Of a stretch of 64,000 nucleotides of DNA, positions 47,951 to 60,724 are shown piece after piece. A model generated the notes under the pieces. That model was not told where the DNA came from, ran no database searches, and saw nothing but the letters and a program-made list of their open reading frames with translations. The first letter of the stretch is position 1; every line of letters begins with the position of its first letter. The stretch is from Hydrolagus colliei (lineage: Eukaryota), in NCBI GenBank assembly GCA_035084275.1, contig CM068763.1:5704001-5768000 (forward strand). Direction: 5' to 3'. The position numbers and the translations under genes were made by a program.

Positions 47951-48655
47951 CAGACAAGTGGCAGATGAAGTTTAATGTGGAGAAATGTGAGGTGATGGAT
48001 TTGGAGAGGAAGAATGAGGAGAGGCAATGTTGGCTGGATAATACAATCTTAAGGGTGGATGGATGAAGAAACAGAGAAACCTGGGGGTTCATGTAAATAA
48101 ATTGTTGAAGGTGGCAGGACAGGTAGATAAGGCTGTTAAAAAAGCATACAGGATACTAGGCTTTATAAATAAGGGCATAGAGTACAAGTCAGAAAGTTAT
48201 GATTAACCTGTATAAAAGGCTGGTTAGGCCTCAGCTAGAGTACTGTGTTCAGTTCTGGGCACCACACTTCAGAAAGGATGTTAAGGTATTGGAAAGTGTG
48301 CAGAGGAGATTTAAGAGGATGCAGGAATGAGAGACTTTGGTTATGAGGAAAGGCTAGAGAGGCTACGATTATTCTCATTGGAGCAGAGAAGGTTATGTGG
48401 AGACCTAATAGAGGTTTTCAAAATCATGAATGGATTCGATAGGGAAAACAGGGAAAAACTGTTTCCACTGGTGGGTGTGTCAGTGACCTGAGGTCACAGA
48501 TTTAAAATAGTTTCTAAAAGAAACAGAGGGGAGCTGAGGAGAATTGTTTTCACGCAGTGAGTTGTTCAACTCTGGAATTCATTGCCTGAAAGGGTGGTGG
48601 AGGCCGATTCGATAGCAACTTTTAAAAGAGACGTGGATAGTTATTTGGAGAGGAT

Positions 48656-48722
48656 AATACTAACAATGATCCTTGCATTTGATATAGCACTTTTCACATT
48701 TTCTAGACATCTCAAAGCGCTT
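48656..48722 (-). mobile_element. Hairpin-only SINE tail micro-insertion inside CR1
   Basis: 'ggat' at 48652-48655 and 48723-48726; the insert ends at 'ctcaaagcgctt'. Confidence 0.85.
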
Positions 48723-49954
48723 GGATGGGTTTGCGGTGTTATGGGGAGAGAAGCAGGGAATAGGATTGACTTCAAATAGCTTTTTTCAAAGAGCCGACAT
48801 AGACACGATGGGCCGAATAGCCTCCTTTTGTGCTGCAAAATTCTATGATTATATGATTTCAATTAAGGATGCCCTGAACGGGGGAGAGATTGAAAGAGAA
48901 GTTAAGAGGCCGACGCTGCTTTCCTATAAAGCTTGGAAAATTGCCCATTGGAAATGTGACCTGGGGAAGGCTTTGTGAGATAAATGGAAAGGACAGGGTA
49001 TTGGCAGTCCAATAAGACTACTTAAGGTGTCCAATGAATCATGATAGAAAGTACCTGGCATAAGAAATCAGCTGAGGATAATTGGAGAGAGTGAAAGACT
49101 TGGAAAAAGAAATCAGTGTGGATGATGAGGATCTTTTGCATTGAAGTCAATGGTTGAACAAGATCCAGAGGTTTGGTGAAAGGACATACAGTGTAATTCA
49201 CAGGCAAATAATTATGTGAACATTGTGTCTACTGCACACACTATATAAGGATTGCAACTGCAAAGTGCTAAGAAATTCCCACGGCTGAGCCTGTATGAAA
49301 AGGTCACATTAGCAATCAAGGGTGCAGGGGAAGAGTGACTAACCTGTGGTTGTCAGAGAAAAGCTGATGGGGATTTGAAGGCTACGACAAGAGCACAGGC
49401 CAGGCATGGGAGGTGGCTGAAAGAATGATTAGCGCGATGTTAAATAAGTGCAGGGGCTATTGATTGGGAGGACAGACCTGGTGTCCATGTAATTAGGGAG
49501 GAAGCATTGGGGGTGTGGGGATCAGGTAGAGATACTGCTGCCTAGTGGCCATTTGTTTGTATTACAATACATTGCAAATTTATATTTTTAGGTAGCAACT
49601 TTCACATCAGGAGAACACCCTAAGGCACTTTACACAGTCTTTAGAGTAGAATGTTAGACCATATTACATAGTCTTTTATGAAGAATGTTAAGTTCATTCT
49701 GAACACTACATATTGCAGCAATAATTTACTGCCAGAGTTAATTTACTCCAGAGTCAAATTATGGTACATTACAAATTTTACTGCAGTATCTTCCTGGATC
49801 TTATCATTTAATACCGTTTAGGACTGCATTATTCCTCACTTCCTTATTGGTCTGTTCCACACAGGACTATTCTGTACCATTCAATATTAGTCTACTTCAT
49901 ATAACACCATTGGAAAAAAATTACAATCTGTGCCATGTTAATTAGTTAGCTAGT

Positions 49955-50930
49955 TAATTCCACATGTATGCAGATGACAGACAACTCTGTCTCTCCGCTT
50001 CCACCCTCAACCCACGTCTACCAGCATCCTGACTGCCTGTCTGTCTGATATCAAGTCCTGGACAAGGGACATCTTTCCTCAGCTGAACATCAGCAAGACT
50101 CAAACCCTCCTGATTGACTCATTTCCACACCTCATACGCTGGCAGCATCAGTATCCACAGCTGCACACTCCATCTCATGAAGCCAGTCAGCAACCTGGAT
50201 GAATTGTTTGACCCTGAAAAGTCCTTTCTCCCCCACGTCCGCGCCATGACCTTCCACCACCTCCCATAACATTGCCAGGCTCTGCCACTGCCTCTCCCCT
50301 CAGGCTGTTGAAACCCTCACCCATGCATTCGTCACATCAAGGCTTGACTTCGGAAACTCCCTTCTCATCGGCCTTCCCAGCTCTTCACTTCTCAAACTGC
50401 AGATTATCCAGAACTCTGCAGCTCGTGTCCTCCAGCTCACCAGGCTCCGTGAACCCATCACTCCCACCATTACCAGGCACCATTGACTCCCCATCCCCCA
50501 GAGGATCAAATTCAAGATCCTCATCCTCAGTTTCAAGACCATCCATGGTCTTGTCCCCTCCTATCTCTCTAACCAGCTGACTCTACCAAACTGCCTGCCC
50601 CCTGCATTCAGTGGGCTCCGTCTGCTCCATGTCTCCCATCCTACCATCGGCGGCTGGGTTTTCAGGCTCTCTACCCCCACACTCTAGAACTCCATCCCAC
50701 AGCGCCTTCAACTCACTTCCTCCCTTGTCTCCTTCAAGGCCAATCTCAAGATCCTCCTTTTCGATCATGCCTTCAGCTGCCCTCCAACCTCTCTCCCTCT
50801 CCTTCCCCTTCCCCGCCCCCCCCTCCCCCCCCCCCCCCCCATGCTCAGGTTTCGACCCCTGACTGTTCAGCAGCTTGGGATGTCCTCCTGGTGTGAAAGA
50901 CGCTCTATAAATGTAATTTTGTTGTTAATT
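49955..50930 (+). pseudogene. L2 LINE, 5'-truncated (HMYADD motif to the 3' tail)
   Basis: 'cacatgtatgcagatgac' (HMYADD), LNISKT, THAFVTSRLD, KLQIIQNSAAR, QRIKFKIL, then a type-A tail. Confidence 0.95.
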
Positions 50931-51139
50931 AGATTGGCTGCTCCATTCAACCTATAAAGAATATTACACTTTAAGATGACCTCCTGATGCATCTGAGCTG
51001 TATTAAATCTAAGCATTATTATTAACACATGAGTGAAAATTCACCCCCATCAACAACAAGACTGGTGGAAATATGCAAGCTTTCATAGCACATCAAATCT
51101 GTGGGGTAACATTGAGCATATTGGTGTAAAACAAAACAA

Positions 51140-51310
51140 CACAGTAGGTCAGGCAGCATCTATGGAGAGAAAAGTGAGTTAATGTTTCAGGTTGATGATG
51201 TTAACTCATTTTCCTTTTTCCATAGATACTGCCAGACCAACTGAGTATTCCCACCGATTTCTGTTTTTTTTTCAGACTTCCAGCATCCGCAGTATTTTGC
51301 CTTTTGTTTA
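51140..51310. mobile_element. Penelope-like inverted terminal fragment
   Basis: Inverted arms 'ggtcaggcagcatctatggagagaaaagtgagttaa' / 'ttaactcattttcctttttccatagatactgccagacc'; ends 'ccagcatccgcagtattttgc'. Homologous to 27962-28109. Confidence 0.75.
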
Positions 51311-52145
51311 TTGAATATATTGATTTCTTTATTTGATTCCGACATTCAAAAGAGATATTGCAATGCCATGTTCTGGTAATTGCGCAATCGCTGGTACACC
51401 CTAAGCAATCTAAAGCGGCTCCATAAAGCCTAGTCCCTCGGATGACTTGCTACAATCTCCTGAGAGTGCAATAAAAGATTTATTTATTAAACGCTTTCAC
51501 TGAACATATTTATATTGGGCTCCTTTAATGTTACTTTTGCAGTGACGGAAGTTACTGACAGTGATGGACAGCCACCAGAAGGAACAAGAAAACAAACTTT
51601 CCCACCCAAATGACAGAAAGATATATACATAATATATATACTGTATATGGAGAGAGATGGAAAGCGATATGAGGCTTTATTCCTTGGAACTGGTTCCATG
51701 ATGAGTGAAATTTCAATAGAAATCTGCTGTTGGTAGAACTTGGGGAGGTTAAAATAACAAACTTCATTACATCTAAACTGGTCACACTGTAAAATAAAAC
51801 TGCAAATAAAAACAAGCGAAGAGCTGCTTGTCAGCATTTAACAGCTTATAAAACAACATTATGCAAAAATACCCTGCACTGAATCCCAATAGAGATGATT
51901 TGGTGTGTAAGGATTTGAATGATAATACACTTTAGTACCAACCTCATGCCTTCGGGCTGCTAACTGATCGTAAATGAAGGCTTCACAAAGTGGAACGTGG
52001 TAAGATCGCTTAATATGGTTAAAAAAAACACAAATTGATTTCTGCTTTCTTAAGGAGACTTGATGTGGAAAATAGGATAGATTTTTTCAAAACAAAACTA
52101 ACATTCACTTTAGTGCAAACTGGACACCGTTAGAGCAATAAGAAT

Positions 52146-52631
52146 TTGGTCACTCAATCCATGACAGTTTGTGGGACCCTGCTATACACAATTGGTTGTT
52201 GTGTTTCGCCCACAAAATATAATAATAATAATAATCCTTGCATTTGATGTAGCGCTTTTCACTTCTTATTGATGTGTCAAAGAGCTTCACAGAATATACT
52301 GCAAAGTGAATTGACTGTATATTTGTGGGTGAAATACTGCAGCCAATTGCTCACAGCAGTGTTTCTGAAGGCTGAGGTCAAATGGGCTGTGGGCCTTCTT
52401 CATCTTGTCGATAATAATAATAATCCTTGCATTTGATATAGCGCTTTTCACATCTTCAGATGTCTCAAAACGCTTCACAGAATATAGTCAATTCACTTTA
52501 TAGTGAATATAGTCAATTCACTTTATAGTGAATATAGTCAATTCACTTTATAGTATATTCTGTGAAGCACTTTGAGATGTCTCAATGACATGATAAGGCG
52601 CTAGATGAAATGCAAGGATTATTATTATTAA
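52146..52631. mobile_element. Rearranged SINE cluster (plus copy with two minus tails) and a 25-bp tandem repeat
   Basis: Minus tails at ~52221-52365 and ~52411-52485; 'aatatagtcaattcactttatagtg' about three times; the plus tail ends at 52631. Confidence 0.85.
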
Positions 52632-52634
52632 TAG

Positions 52635-52830
52635 AGATTTTCTCTCTGGAGATGTGTTGGTTGAGAAGGGACTTGATAGAGATGTTTATAATTATGAAAG
52701 GGCTCAATAAACTGGACATAAAAAGGTTGTTTCCACTTATTGTTGAGTCTTCAACAAAGTGGCCATAAATATAACATATCCACTCGTAGATTTTAAAAGA
52801 AAATTTAAGAGGAATTACATTGGGAAGTGG
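52635..52830 (+). mobile_element. Old CR1 fragment
   Basis: 'ttttctctctggag...ttgagaagggacttgatagagatgtttataattatgaaaggg'. Confidence 0.75.
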
Positions 52831-52982
52831 GTTTGAGAATAATCAGAATAATAATATTGTGTTTGTTATAGCGCCTTTCACATCAGAATAAAATTCCAAA
52901 GTGCTTCACATGAAATAGATGGAAAAACAGATGAGGGGTGACAGTAGTATGCGGGTTTCTGGAGGCTTCTTCATCTTCTCAG

Positions 52983-53291
52983 TAATAATAATCCTTGCAT
53001 TTGATATAGCAGTTTTCACGTCTTCTAGACATCTCAAAGCACTTCACAGAATATTCTGTAAAATGAATTGATTGTATATTTGTGGGCGAAACGCGACACC
53101 CAATTGCGCATAGTAGTGTCCCACAAACAGTCATGATTGAAATAACCAATTTATTATTGTTTTTTTTGAAGAATTATTATTAGGCGTGTGGAGTAAGGAA
53201 ACTTGCCCAAGGTTCCTCCCTGCCTGGAATTGAACCCAGGTCTCTCACTTGTAAGGCCAAGTGCTCCAACTACTAAACTAAAGGAGTCCAC
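52983..53291 (-). mobile_element. Full-length young SINE
   Basis: Tail, core, and head 'ggaattgaacccaggtctctcacttgtaaggccaagtgctccaac'. Confidence 0.95.
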
Positions 53292-54021
53292 AGGTGTCCC
53301 ACTGCTCTTTAAATCTACCTCAATTCATGAAGATTAATGGCTTCAAGTGGTAGCCAAAGAATAACTGGTGAAGAATTGGATCAAAGGTGCTCAAGGTAAG
53401 TGTAGAGGTATTAACCGGACCAGGGCCTATGGGTTTGATCTGGTTAGCAGTGTGCCAATTCATGCAGTACAGCCAGTCAGAGCTGTATAACTTTGGCAGT
53501 CACTGCTAGATTGACATCCTGAAAGCTCTCAATTATTTTGAGGCTTCAGAGAGAAACGTAAGAAAGCATTGTTGCCTGAGCCACATTCCCTGGAGATATT
53601 CACCTTTTATCAGACATTGAAATACTTTGGTGAGAGTTTGGGTGTAACATGTTCTGATTGTTAAAACAAGTGATCTATACCATTGATTTCTTTAATATTC
53701 ACCTACAATATCAGTCCACATTATACTTGGTCTATGGAAGGAGAGGACCTGATCAGATGACTAGCACTTTTCTATTCAACGCTTTCTTGCAGTCCAATCG
53801 TAAACCTCATCTTCAGTAATTAGGAGTCTATCATCAGAAAGGAAGTAGAAGATTATTTGTAGAAAAATAGTCTAGCAAATGGCAGCCAACATGGGTCTTG
53901 TCTCAGAGGCAAGATTGGGTGGGGGACAAGATGAAGATTTCCCAATATGAAGAAGCGATTAAGTGAATCGCAATAGGATTCAGTTTTTGAGGCACTCAGA
54001 AGTAGATTGCAGTAGTGACTT

Positions 54022-54044
54022 ATCAATCAATCAATCAATCAATC
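54022..54044. repeat. (ATCA)n microsatellite
   Basis: atcaatcaatcaatcaatcaatc. Confidence 0.9.
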
Positions 54045-54739
54045 CAGAAATGCTGACTGACAGCCACATTATTTGTACACACACCCCTTTTTACATTACT
54101 ATTTTTAAAACCAGTTCCAAAAGGGTTAACCACGATTCTTGCAAGCTGTGAGTGGGACTGTAGCGAACAAGGTTTCCAGTGCACCAAATTATAATAAACA
54201 GATAAAAGCCACAGCAATGGTCTTAAGCTTTATTTATTACCAAGCAAACTGCTGTTGACAGGGTCACATTTAGACGAGCAACTACATCTCCATGAGGCAG
54301 TTTAGTATCCTCCGACCTTATCAAAAAGATTCCGTACTGTATTTTTTAAGAAGATTTAATCTTCGAAATTAATTATACATGACTGTTTGCTGCAATGAAT
54401 TGTAATTCGATAACATCACTGTCTTCTGCAATATAAAACAATGCGGTCAATTTGTCACCACAACAAGCAGCTGTGTCATCAGCATTTTCAGGACTGTAGC
54501 TGCAAATCAGCTCAAATGTTCCTTGATGCATTGAATTTACCACAATTATTATTTTTGACACAATATAATGACTAGTATAACCCGCTGGCCAGCATTTCTC
54601 CACAGACTAGACTTGCGGTTGTTCACCGTGTGTGGTTTCAACATTGAATCTGGCATCTGAAGGAGAATTCGAGTAGAGGTGTAATGGTGGTGTGATTTTT
54701 ACAAACCAGGTTTGCCCTTCTTCGATGATTCCTTGGGCA

Positions 54740-54965
54740 AGTGTTTGTGTTAGTATTTGTACGCATGACCGTGTGAATATGTGTGGGAGGAGCTTTGGGA
54801 TGGCCTCCCAATGTGAAAGGCACTATATAAATGTAAATTTATACATTCCATTGAGCATGTGTATTTGGCTGTGTGGTGCTTGTGTGCACAATAGTGCTTG
54901 TACTTGCAAACATGTGGGTATGCACAATCACGTAAGAGCGTGTATATCAATGTGTGTGTGCAAAA
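54740..54965. repeat. Degenerate (GT)-rich tract containing a hairpin-only L2 tail (~54790-54840, plus strand)
   Basis: GT/GC-rich alternation around 'gagctttgggatggcctcccaatgtgaaaggcactatataaatgtaa'. Confidence 0.7.
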
Positions 54966-55300
54966 TGGTGTTTTTTTCAATCTTTCTGGTTCAGTGTTTG
55001 TGTTTTCACACCGTGGTGTTTTATACAGCTTGCTGAAGTGTGGTACTTCCCTCCCACCACCCACACCTGCCTCCACACTCTACACCTATCTGACCAGTGT
55101 GATGAGTAGCTACTGTGTCAACCAGGAGAGGAGGATGGGTGTGAAGCAGGATAATTGACCAAAATATCTTGAACTTGGAAAGGTAAAGATCAAGAATGTC
55201 TTCTACTCCTCATCACTGTCCCAAGACCCAGTTAGAAGGTAAGGATCAGCATCAAGCTAGCTAGGATACCTACTGAGTTTTTGTCTGGGTGGTTGTAGAC

Positions 55301-55480
55301 ATAATAATAATCCTTGCATTTGATATAGTGCTTTTCATGTCTTCTAGACATCTCAAAGCGCTTCACAGAATATACTGTAAAGTGAATTAACTACATATTT
55401 ATGGGCGAAACACGGCAGCCATTTGTTCACAGCAGTGTCCCACAAACAATCATGAACTGAGTTACCAAATTATTATTATT
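55301..55480 (-). mobile_element. SINE, 5'-truncated
   Basis: Tail and core present. Confidence 0.92.
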
Positions 55481-56329
55481 GCACTCGAGATGTGTGCGAG
55501 TGGATTAATGTGATGCCAACTGTAGTTCAACAAGCTCCTGAAAAAGCCCCCTCTCCAACCACATAACAACACCAACTTGCACTTACAATAAGTTCTTCAC
55601 GTAGGGGTAACATCTCAGTTACACACTCACACATATATACCATTTGGAAGAAAATCAACTGAAATTCTTCAGGAGAGAAAGGGAGAAAAGTTGACAGCAA
55701 ACGTTTGAATTGTATGATAATATTGAAGCTTTCCCCTTTTAATCTGCATACAGGAGAGACAAAGAACAGGGGTCACGTACAACAGAACCAGTTAGATACA
55801 CAGTAAAGCCCTAACAAGTTGGACCCATTTTCTAATTGAGGTCACTGCCCACAGTCTGGCAACGCCGTTCCCCACATCAAGTGTCTCTCTCTAAGGGAAG
55901 CTGCCACATTATGGGCAATTACCGTTGAATTATTATCAGTTTCATGCTGTCGTCACTAGGAATCCGTTTCCAATAAAAGAGACAAGATAAATTTAATTAG
56001 GAATTCTGTCAAACTGTTGGTCCATAGCTGCTGATACAGTGCAATGAGTAATTTCATACAGCAGCTCAACTGAGGTGGAAATGTGACTTTGATAAGAAAA
56101 TATAGTTTTCACTAAAATCGTTCCTGCCGTGAACTGAGTGTGTGTGGGAGGGAGAGGGGGGGGTGGGCAGAGGAATGCTAATTATTTATTTCACACAAGT
56201 ACAAGTACAAGTACAGAAAGCAGAGTTCCACACATTTGTTTTCATTAAGGGTAGAGATTCTTCCCACTCAGCTACTGCTAATCCTACAAACTGATAGGTA
56301 GGGTGGTCCTGTCTGGATGAACAGCAAAA

Positions 56330-56520
56330 ACGACAATAGCAAATAACATTAGTATAGTGCCTTTCACATTAGGAGGATGTCCCAAGGCGCTGAAGAATCA
56401 GGGATCCACATCTGAGCTGGTGGTTGGGATCTGGAGGGGTGGAGGGAGTGGAGGGTAGGGGTAGGAAGGTGACCTAAGGCATGGTCAAGAGGAGGGTATT
56501 GAAAAAGCAGGAAGCTTGAT
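56330..56520 (-). mobile_element. L2 3' end (type-A tail)
   Basis: 'tatagtgcctttcacattaggaggatgtcccaaggcgctgaa' and a G-rich UTR. Confidence 0.85.
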
Positions 56521-59404
56521 AGATTGTGTTCACAATGGCAAGTTATTTGGGTTTCGCTGGTCTCCAAATAGTACCCCAATGCACGCTCTGAGCACCCCAA
56601 ACCTTGACGCTTTCAAAATTCACTGAATACTTTTAAATACTAAATACTGTAGTTTTTAAAATATCTGTCGAAGTGTTAAGTGCAAATCGGAAAGAGCCAA
56701 GATTTAGGGTTGCTCTTTCTAAATTGCTCTTAATAATTCCAATTTGCATAAATGTATAGTCCACTTTCTGCCAGGTATCTGGGAACATTTAGCTGACTGA
56801 TAGCTCACCCACTGATGGTGAAGGGGAATGAAGTGGGGATATGAATTTGGCCAGCATTGGCAAAAGATAGAAGGGTTTCAGTACGTCAAAGAAGTAAGGA
56901 GGAGCAAGGCCGAGAAGCGATTTGAATGTGAGGACACGCATATCGAATTTGAGATTGATTTTGAGGTAACTTTACTTGGAGAATAATATTATCCATAATA
57001 TTTGTGTTTCCCCAGAAGCTGAACATTGAGAGAATTCAGCAAACATTCAGATAATAACTGTGTGTGCAGACAGTGCGAAAAAATTAATTGAGGTTCGATT
57101 AAGTGCGAGCTGCATACCTGTCTTGGGACTCAGATCTGATTGAATCGGCCATTAGTCTATAACAATGTAATAATAGCACAAAAAAGCAGAGGGCAAAATC
57201 TGCTGGTCTGTAAATGTACGACCCTCAGTGGGCAGGTGAATATGAGAAAATCCCATTTTAATTCAGTGCAGGCTAGAGTTCAGTGGTGGGAACTTCCTAG
57301 AGGCATATGGCAGTCAAGTTGCTGTCCCCTCTACAGTAGATAACTATTCTGTCAAAACTCATGATTATAAAAGAAGCTTTAATCAAAATGGCAGTAGAGG
57401 TTGTCTTTCCTGGCTAATTTATCTTTCCTTTGCCCTGGAGCAGGTGCCAAACCCTCTGAGCTACCTACTGCTGCTGTACACCGTTTGAGAATAATTCAAG
57501 GGATTTTTCTGACTCCCCAGAATGACAGATCTGTGCTCTCAGAGTCTCCAGTTGTCCTGGGCATCTGCTGCTCATTTTCTAGTCTCTCTGTTGGCACAGC
57601 CTGTTCACAGATTAATCTTCCAGGGGACAGTCACACTTTAACTGAGCTGTGAATGATAGTAAAATAAGTGCAAAGATCATGCTCTGTCTCCAAATTGAAC
57701 CTCCTTGGAGGTCAGCGGCCATATTGCCAATCAAGTAATTGAGTGGTTTTTTTAAGCTTAACCACCCCAAACTGCATAGTTTGCCATTGCGGATACTACC
57801 CAGCAAGCTTGTTCAGCAAGGACCACTGCAGCTGTTAGGGTTTGAGCTTGCAGAGTTAACAGGAGCGTATTAAGAAGGATCCCTGCCTCTTGTCTCTCTC
57901 TAAGTACTCCCAATGAGCCAATATTTGGTCTGTCAATAGCAGTGCCTTGGAGTAGAGCAGAGCCACCAGGCTCAGGAACCAGACCCACAAGCCTGATAAG
58001 AGGGAAAGGGCAGAGAATGCGTTTAAAACAACTGTGTCCAGTAAGAGAAGCTAGCACCAGCCCAGTCACAATGGGAGAAAAGCAGGGTAATGGATTTGGA
58101 GAAGTTAAATAATAAACCTTAAATATAGCATAGCTTGTTTCATGTCAGATAAACAACACATAACACTTCGTAAGATATATTATGAATAATAATAAGAAGA
58201 ATAAGGCATTATATCCATTGAATATAACTCCTTATCATGTCAATGAGATGTCTCAATGTGTTTCACAGTGTGTACTGTAAAGTGGAGTGACTGACTATAT
58301 ATTTAATGTGTGAATGTTACCTCCAGCGGGACATCTAGCACTAGGACAAACACAAAGAGTGAAAAGTAAGGGAATAGGATTGAAGAAGATTACCTGCAGC
58401 GTGGAGAGCTACAGACATAACCAGCAATATTGTATCTTTCAGTGCCACAGTATAAGCATTTAAGGATATTATTCAAAGTTGGAACCTGAACCATGTATGC
58501 AATTTCGAAGGAAGTAGATAAGTTCAAGCACGAAGATCTAAAAGGTTTGGAGAAATGGGATCAATGGTGGTGTTTGGAGTGGGGGCCTGAGCAAGGCTTA
58601 GTGAGCTGATTGACCACCTTGTGTACTGTGAGCTAATCTGATTGAAAATTCCATATTCTGATCTTGCACTCACATGACGAAACAGCGAATTAATTTCAGC
58701 CTGACCGTGCAATGGGACTGTGAGTAGATGGGTGTGGGGCGGGTGGGGGGGGGAGAAGGGCGGGAAGAGAGGGTGAAGTGCTTTGGAAATGACAAGTGTG
58801 TCAAATACAAGTGAAACCATGTATGTGAAGGTTGCAGATGAAGGGCTGGGAATCACTGCTGAAATTGAATGACCTTGTGATTGTGCTTGATCGATCTCGT
58901 CTGTAACGGCTTCCCTGGTGACTCCTGTCATTGAGTATTTTGTGCAGTATTTATCAGCTCAATGCACAGAACACTCACGCCTGAGGAAGACAGTAAGGGT
59001 CAGTTTTATATCAGCTTTGCAGCGAAAACAAAAAAATCAATCTTCGCCCAAGCGACGGGGGCATAGGCAGAGGCGGGAATCACTATTTTGTGTGTCGCAT
59101 GCTGGAACACAAGGGTTCAGACACCGTGTGTGATTCTCATGGTGTCTTGGCAATGGCAGGGCACAGCACTGGCATGTACTGCGAGAGAACAAGATTGATG
59201 TAAAAATAAAAGTAACCACCAAGTGGTTCAGTCTTCTCCGAGACACAATCACTGAGAACTTCTCTGACCCCTTACCTCACCTGACAAATCGCCAAGGCTT
59301 TTGTGAGGAATCCGACTTTCTAATTTCACAGTGGGAAGCCATGTGACAAAGCCATTTCAAACGCCTTGTGAAGAGTTCTTCACAAATTGTTATCAGTGAA
59401 TATT

Positions 59405-59737
59405 AAGCTACTGCAGCTCAGTGGTTAGAGCACTCGCCTTACAAGCATGAGATCTTGCGTTAGAATCTAGGCAGATCAGGGGCAAAACTTTGTGCAAGTT
59501 TCCTTACTCCACATGCCTAAAAATAATCCCTCCAAAAACAAACATAATAATAAAAAAAATTATTCATTTCAATCCACGACTGTTTGTGGGACGCTGCTGT
59601 GTGCATCCCACAAACAGGTGCCGTGTTTCGCCCACAAATATACAGTCAATTCACTTTACAGTATATTCTGTGAAGCGCTTTGAGACATCAATAAGATGGG
59701 AAAAGCGCAATATCAAATGCAAGGATTATTATTATTA
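59405..59737 (+). mobile_element. Full-length young SINE (TAC-anticodon subfamily)
   Basis: 'cagctcagtggttagagcactcgccttacaagcatgagatc', core, tail and (ATT)n. Confidence 0.95.
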
Positions 59738-60724
59738 AAGTTGTGGATGTGTGTAATAACCAAATAAAGAAAGGGTTTCATGAGGGAAACAAGGGTGAAA
59801 AGGGGGTTTGTGCTGGATGCCTCAGGGGACCAACTTGGGATGGGATGCCTGCTGTACATAATTAGCTTGTATTTGCAGACTCGGTGCCAGATAGAATACG
59901 AACAGAGAAGTGAGTTTCTCCTGGTGTACAGGCCAACAATCCCCCAAATAAAATTCAACAAAATTCAACCACTCTGAGACACTGCTCTGCATGAAGGGCT
60001 CTCTATCAATAGAACATGTTCTTGTTGATCTTTCACATGGTGGTTGTTTGTGGCGCATTGTTGTGCCCAAATTGTGTGCCGTGTTCACCTGTTAAATTCA
60101 AAGTCAGTTTTGTGAAGTGTTTTGAGACGTTCTCCTGAAATGCAAGGATTATTATTATTATCAAGTGGTGCAATTTGTGGGTAACCCCGAATCCATGCGC
60201 AATATCTGCCGGATCTTGTAGGATCTTTTTGCAACAAGCTGTAACCTTCACTGTCCAGGTGATGGGAACAATGTAGAAAGTCTAACTCCAGCTCTCATAA
60301 ATTATACACAGCTTCTTCCGATCAGTTGAACCAAGCCAGAACCGATTTGCCCACTGTATCACTGCAACTAATGTCACAATAAATCATTTTCTACTGAGGA
60401 GACAGTCAGTTGAAGAGCAAGAGGAATGGCTGATATTCCTGAACATGGACAGATTGTACTTGGTAACACCTTCACATTTTGCTATCCCTCTCAGCCCCCA
60501 TTCCCAGCTCGGTTTCTCTCTGCTCAACTGATGACGGGTCAAGGAGCTGCAGGCTGCTTTCTCACCTGTGTCGTGAGTTGAGGCAACTTTGTGCTGGGTG
60601 CTAAGAGACTTCACTTAATAATATAGATATGCTGCTGTCTGAGAAAGTGGTATTAATACAAGCTAATAATCTCAGCCTGGCTTGTCCATATAACCGAATT
60701 TATTGGGGGAAATAGATGCTTGAT

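Larger units (their letters stand above)
47530..48860 (+). pseudogene. CR1 LINE, 5'-truncated RT remnant, carrying two micro-insertions
   Basis: SGIPQGSVLGPLLF, ISKFADDTTLG and LQEDIDR; many stops; tail 'gggccgaatagcctccttttgtgctgcaaaattctatgattatatgatt'. Confidence 0.95.

Noticed and set aside
52480-52555. 25-bp direct repeats as a CRISPR-like array
   Set aside because: There are no spacers, the unit derives from the SINE, and the context is vertebrate.
58892-58903. 12-nt match to 5S rRNA (cgatctcgtctg)
   Set aside because: The similarity does not extend on either side and is compatible with chance.
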